Of a DNA stretch of 12,960 nt, positions 8,966 through 12,960 are shown piece after piece. The notes under the pieces were generated by a model, which saw nothing but the letters and a program-made list of their open reading frames with translations, ran no database searches and was not told the origin of the DNA. The first letter of the stretch is position 1. Each line of letters begins with the position of its first letter. A program made the translations under genes and the position numbers. The DNA comes from Oopsacas minuta (taxonomy: Eukaryota > Animalia > Porifera), in NCBI GenBank assembly GCA_024704765.1, contig JAKMXF010000149.1:1-12960 (forward strand), given 5' to 3'.

Positions 8966-9745
8966 ATGGGTAGTTATTTCAGTTCTAATGAAATTGTCCC
9001 AGACTTCATATCAAATGCTGAATCAATTCCAAGCAAGCTATTTCCCCTGAAAGTCCATAAATCAGATACTAGACATGATGTAATTCGCTTCATCATAATA
9101 TCAGATACCCATACCAGGCACAGAGATCTCTCCCTACCTTTAGGTGATGTGCTGATACATTGTGGAGATTGGTCGAATCATCCAACTTCTAAACAAGATT
9201 ATATTGATTTTGATATTTGGCTCGGGGAACAACCACACAAACACAAGATTATTGTCGCTGGAAATCATGAAATAGGCCTACCCCACAATCCAAGAGAAGT
9301 GCAAGAATTGTTTGCCAATGCAGTATGCCTTTTTGATCAAACTTACGAAGTTGAAGGAGTTAAACTCTACGGTGCACCTGGCATTCCTGCCAGATCTTTC
9401 TTATATCGAGCAAACTATATGCAGTATAGCAGACCTATAGAGAAATGGAATGGTATTCCTTATGGAACAGACATCCTCATCACACATACTCCTCCTAGGT
9501 TTGTAATGGATTACGGAAAACATTCAAGAGGGTATTGGCGTGAAGGAGACATGGAGTTACTGAACCGGGCTATGAATGTAAAACCAAAGGTACATTGTTT
9601 CGGACATAATCATGATCAACCTGGAGTAATGCGAGTATCACATTCCTTAGATACCTTGAAATGTGCTGAGGATAGCACATTATTTATAAATGCATCTATG
9701 TTTAGAGGCATTATCCCCCCTGTTGTTGTTGATTTTCATATGTGA
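8966..9745 (+). CDS. Metallophosphoesterase domain-containing protein, MPPED1/MPPED2 (239FB)-like calcineurin-like phosphoesterase, 259 aa, single exon
   Basis: Uninterrupted ORF with good initiation context (aaaATGG) and an in-frame TAG 6 nt upstream. All five metallophosphoesterase motifs are present in order: RFIIISDTH (9101-9112), GDVLIHCGD (9164-9169), KIIVAGNHE (9260-9271), DILITHTPP (9482-9493), VHCFGHNH (9602-9613), followed by FINAS. These contexts match the MPP_239FB family. Orthology to MPPED1 versus MPPED2 cannot be resolved by eye. Confidence 0.92.
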   Translation: MGSYFSSNEIVPDFISNAESIPSKLFPLKVHKSDTRHDVIRFIIISDTHTRHRDLSLPLGDVLIHCGDWSNHPTSKQDYIDFDIWLGEQPHKHKIIVAGNHEIGLPHNPREVQELFANAVCLFDQTYEVEGVKLYGAPGIPARSFLYRANYMQYSRPIEKWNGIPYGTDILITHTPPRFVMDYGKHSRGYWREGDMELLNRAMNVKPKVHCFGHNHDQPGVMRVSHSLDTLKCAEDSTLFINASMFRGIIPPVVVDFHM

Positions 9746-9830
9746 TTTGTGAAAAGCGATATTTTATGTAAATATTGTTATGTTGTTATTGTGAATTAGT
9801 AATCCCGTTATACAATACTACCCAATCGAT

Positions 9831-10143
9831 CAGAGCTTCTCAAATGGTGACGAGGGGCACATTAGTAAAATGGTTGATGATATTTGTACAGTTGTAGGGA
9901 TATTGTGCTTCTACATTGCATCCAATGACAGGTGAACCTCAGATATAACTATTTGATAGAATGACGCAAGCTTCGTCGACAGGAAATTTACCAATGAAAA
10001 TTTGTTTGAAAGATTGTTGGAAGGAATATTCGTCGAACTGAATATAATATTCCATTTCCAAATTCCAATATTAAACTTGATCGCTGGAAATATAGTCAAG
10101 TAGTAATACACCGTTAATGGAATCATATAATTTGAAAGCTCTG
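9831..10143. mobile_element. Candidate 313-bp non-autonomous hAT-like element (MITE or deletion derivative)
   Basis: CAGAGCTTCTCAAAT (9831-9845) versus the reverse complement of 10130-10143, CAGAGCTT-TCAAAT (14/15, one gap). The CAG.GCTTCTCAAA end resembles Charlie/Buster-type hAT TIRs. No TSD (caatcgat vs taaatagg) and no recognisable transposase inside. Confidence 0.45.
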
Positions 10144-10730
10144 TAAATAGGAAATTAATAAATTAATGGTTCAAAATTTACCATGGAATCGAAGGATGTT
10201 GTTATACAAAATATGAGAAATTTTCATTATAAAGTTCGCCATGGCTTACTAAATATAGGGCTATATACATCGACGACTGGGCCTTCAAATAAGAAGACCA
10301 GTTTTTAAATTTCATTCTAAGCTAAACTATGATCCCCATTGTCGTTTATTGGATCGTATATGAGGGGTAATCAACCATTGCGAGTGCATTGGAACCACTT
10401 TTGAAATTGTCACATTGTGATTAATCTGTTTAGGTGCCATATAATGATGACTTTACCAATTTGTATATATTATAATATACAATATAACTGTATTAAATGA
10501 AATACTACTAGTTTGAAGAGTAGTAACAAAAACGATAGAAATGTAACAACTGAGTTTAAATAATGCTGATATACATTGAATTATAAATTACAGAATGGGT
10601 TGAAGGAATGTAATATCAAATATCAAAAAGTCTTATAATGTTGCCATAGTTATTCTTTGCGTTCGGTTTTTAATCACTTGGTTAAACATGAAGTTTATTA
10701 ATAATTTACTACCAGGATTGTCCAAGCAAA

Positions 10731-12730
10731 CCAGTATTCAAATTTCTAGATGACACAGTATTGTCAAATTAATGGGTTGCTTTCTTGAAAATGTGAGATT
10801 TCCGGATCAACAAATACTCTAATCTGCATTGATCATTTCGAAGAGAAATTCAACATTCAGCATCCCAAAAAATTTTCCCTCAATTACTCGATAAAATCAA
10901 TCCCAACCATCCAACCAAGTCATCTACCGTTGAGCCTAGTTTCAGTTCCCAGTGAACCTAGGAAACTCCCAGCAGTTGGTATATTTCACCCATATGAATT
11001 TCAAAGCTTCAAGTCGGACTACGAAATTAACAATTTTGAAGATGTAATTAAGTACATTGCACATTCTGAAGAATATTGCGACCTTCAGACAGATATTAGA
11101 AATGATAGTATTACATCATACAGTGTTGTGATATGTTCGGGAATTGCAACAATCAAAGATTGCATACACATTGATAGTAATCTTCATGTCAAGCTCGCTG
11201 TAACGCTTGTCCCATTCCTCTTCTAGGTTATATTGATCGTGTAAAGGATATAAGCTGACTTCACTTGATATTCTCACTTATCTCCCAGTGTACTGTAGAA
11301 ACGCAGAATCAACTTGTGAAACATATTATTAGTGAGTTAATAAAGTTAAAATATTATAATATAAAAGGGAGACCTCCATATTCCACTACATTCATAAGAT
11401 TCGCTCTTATAATGCGATATACTTTTAATTCAGCATATCAATATTCGGAGAAATTTTTCCCCTACTAGTTATTCTCTATTGTATTATTTAAAGTCATATC
11501 ATATCGATACTTGTAAAGGATTAATATCATTGAAAGAGAACTCTTTATTCAGTACTGATGTAGTACTATTGCTCAATTAGATGGATTTACAACGAGAAGT
11601 ACTATAATACGACAGCCAAAAGTTAACTGTCTGTGATTCTAAACTTAAGATGTACTAAAGCATATTGTGCTCCATGGTTGTTTCTTTATAACAATCTAGC
11701 CCCTATGTTTTAAGAGTTATTCCATTGACTAAAATCAATCATCAAATCGGAGGGTATAGTTAATTGTGTACACATGTTAAGCAAAGAACAATTGATGTCA
11801 GAGCAGTAGTTAGTGACAACGAATCCACGAAAGTTAGCGCTTACAAGCACCTCAAAGATATATACCCATGCTCATTACGTGATAATGCAATGACCAACCC
11901 ATTCAACCCAGGGAAGCACATACACCTGATCTTTGCTTTGCATCTTATAAAGAATATTCGGAACAACCTCTTAGCTACCATACTTTTCCAAATACCAGGA
12001 TTAGAAACATTTCTTATGGATGTGGCTATTAATATAACTCCAGGACATATTCATTGGTCTATCTTTCGTCGTGTTCATGAGAGATTTAACACTTGAATGT
12101 CATGTGAGAAAGTCTTCTAAAATTTCATCTCAAGCCCTGCACCCAGAAAACACTAAACAATATGTCCCCCTTCCTCTGTCTATATTCGATTTGACAACAA
12201 AACATTTCTAACACACACTCCAATCATTTCCTCCATTACAGATGAAGAATCCATCATTCTAGCAGATTTCGTGCGATCTCTGATTCATGAAAAATTCAAC
12301 CACATAGAATTTATCTCTCAAGACGCTATCGATGTAAATCACTTTCATTTCAGGATATATCTCTCGTTCTTTACTGGAGAGTATTGATTGTGAAGCATGC
12401 AGAATAGCACTAAATATTGATTCTGTATCCTGTGCATACCTCGATGATTATAATAAAGGCGGACTCAAATTACCAACTTCATCACTCAACGTTTTCAATA
12501 CTCGATCTTTGCTAAGAAAGGATTCTTGAGAAGATGTTCCCTCTAAAGTGTTGGCTCTGAATCACTTATCATCAGAGTGGGGTGACTCGTCTATGTGTCA
12601 TAATCACTCAATAGTCGGGCGTCAGAAAGAAAACTCCATTATATCAATTTCTTATATGAAAAATTTGCTAGGGATGCAACTGAGACTAGGAGAAGGGATC
12701 AAGCTAGAGAATTTAAAGAAATAAAATTGC
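10731..12730 (+). pseudogene. THAP-domain P-element/THAP9-family transposase pseudogene, heavily decayed, probable internal deletion
   Basis: THAP remnants PVFKFLDD..*WVAFL.. then ICIDHFEEKF..IPTI (10731-10911). Further motifs: CIHIDSNLHVKL; KGRPPYSTTFIRFALIMRYT; DVVLLLN*MDLQ (D-E replaced by AAT TAG, 11575-11580) followed by SILCSMVVSL*QSSPYVLRVIPLTKIN; RAVVSDNEST (D 11815-11817); HLIKNIRNNLL; QALHPENTKQYVPLPLSIFD; C-terminal CEAC..YL..KGGLKLPT. Both ends are approximate. Confidence 0.85.
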
Positions 12731-12816
12731 AGATAAATATCTTGTATAATTACATACAACTACTATTATCAATGTTATAACGTCAATTGAACATTCAGTA
12801 TTATTAAAATAATATA

Positions 12817-12866
12817 TAATGAGTGTCTAGAATAAAATATTCAAAAATTAATGAGTGTCTAGAATA
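12817..12866. repeat. 18-bp direct repeat TAATGAGTGTCTAGAATA, two copies (12817-12834, 12849-12866)
   Basis: Two identical copies with a 14-nt AT-rich spacer, period 32 nt. Confidence 0.9.
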
Positions 12867-12960
12867 CCGGGTGTTTCAAAAAAAACAGGCCCCAAAATCA
12901 TGGAGCCATATTTCAGACGATTCTATGTATTCAGATATACCATTGATAACTAGTATAAAT
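12867..12960. mobile_element. Probable left terminus of a Tc1/mariner-superfamily element running out of the window
   Basis: TA (12865-12866) followed by CCGGGTGTTTCAAAAAAAAC, resembling common TA-C(A/C)GGGTGTTTCAAAA Tc1/mariner TIR starts. The partner TIR and ORF are not visible. Confidence 0.5.

Noticed and set aside
9911-10126. 71-aa minus-strand ORF inside the candidate MITE
   Set aside because: Low-information AT-rich frame with no transposase or other motif.
12817-12866. CRISPR-like repeat-spacer unit
   Set aside because: Only two 18-bp copies with a 14-nt spacer, in a eukaryotic context with no cas genes.
1-12960. A coordinated novel system linking the phosphoesterase with the neighbouring transposases
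   Set aside because: The transposases belong to unrelated families, are all pseudogenised, and no shared termini enclose the gene. Adjacency is adequately explained by insertion accumulation.

Overview
AT-rich eukaryotic (probably invertebrate) genomic DNA that is mostly a graveyard of decayed cut-and-paste DNA transposons around one intact host gene. In order: (1) a P-element/THAP9-type transposase pseudogene, cut off at a single N at 1300; (2) a nest in which a complete 1333-bp DD34D mariner (2069-3401, 27-bp TIRs, TA duplication) sits in the last codons of a minus-strand ZMYM1-like hAT transposase (element 1847-5839, 8-bp TSD ATTAGAGA), which in turn appears to sit in the 5' leader of a second, plus-strand BED-finger/DUF659-type hAT (ORF remnants 6010-7695); (3) an intact, intronless 259-aa MPPED1/2 (239FB)-like metallophosphoesterase (8966-9745) with a candidate N-myristoylation motif; (4) a 313-bp element with hAT-like TIRs just downstream; (5) a second, heavily decayed THAP-domain P-like transposase with an apparent internal deletion; (6) the probable left end of a Tc1/mariner element at the window edge. 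All family assignments come from motifs recognised by eye; no database search was run. I found no prokaryotic features and no convincing novel multi-gene system. The best leads are the reconstructable transposon nest and the possibly lipid-anchored phosphoesterase.
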